The notes beneath the pieces are model-generated. The model was not told the DNA's origin. It saw nothing but the letters and a program-made list of their open reading frames with translations, and did not search any database. A stretch of DNA of 64,000 bases from Callorhinchus milii (taxonomy: Eukaryota), in assembly GCF_018977255.1 (NCBI RefSeq), contig NW_024704742.1:116252001-116316000 (forward strand). Direction: 5' to 3'. The translations under genes and the position numbers were made by a program. How positions within the stretch are numbered: the first letter of the stretch is position 1; each line of letters begins with the position of its first letter. This document shows, piece after piece, positions 63,699 through 64,000 of this stretch.

Positions 63699-64000
63699 TG
63701 GAGTCCTGTAGCATAGTGGTGAGTGCGCTCCCCTCACCAGCGAGAGGCCCCAGATTCGATTCCCGGGCGAGGCAAAACCTTAGGCAAGTTCCTTACTCCA
63801 CGAGCCTCTGTTTACCTAACATTAAGGTAAACAGAGGCTTGTGGAGTAAGGAACTTGCCTAAGGTTTTGCCTCGCCCGGCAACCTGGTTGTTAGTCAAAT
63901 GGAAGGCCAACAAGCAGGGAGTTGGTGTAGTCAAGCCCCAAAAAATAATAATTTGATCACTCAATCCACGACTGTGGGTGGGACACTGCTGTGCGCAATT
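63699..64000 (+). mobile_element. Long-variant SINE with an internal inverted duplication; runs off the window end
   Basis: ggagtcctgtagcatagtgg head; 55-bp inverted repeat at 63763-63879; Deu core at the window end. Confidence 0.9.

Overview
AT-rich vertebrate genomic DNA. The repeat content (tRNA-headed Deu-domain SINEs sharing a 3' tail with L2 LINEs, CR1 tails, a Penelope-like element) points to a cartilaginous fish, most likely a chimaera; this is inference. The + strand carries the 3' part of a Lbc-family RhoGEF gene, best matching ARHGEF28 (RGNEF/p190RhoGEF). I traced 14 coding exons from 714 to the stop at 54651, all with GT-AG borders and consistent phases. They cover the end of the DH domain, the PH domain, a coiled coil and a C-terminus ending ENIIYF*. 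Most other ORFs in the track are retroelement fragments or spurious. The most notable non-genic structures are: (1) a Penelope-like element remnant (41808-43290) with a GIY-YIG endonuclease, inverted terminal repeats and a degenerate minimal hammerhead ribozyme in each repeat; (2) a 55-bp near-perfect fold-back hairpin inside a SINE (63763-63879); (3) a TSD-bounded 2.7-kb L2 derivative that lacks the RT core and has a CpG-rich promoter-like 5' end; (4) SINE subfamilies whose tails appear to track the partner LINE; (5) an unclassified poly(A)-tailed repeat family. Family names and human-protein comparisons are from memory; no database search was run.
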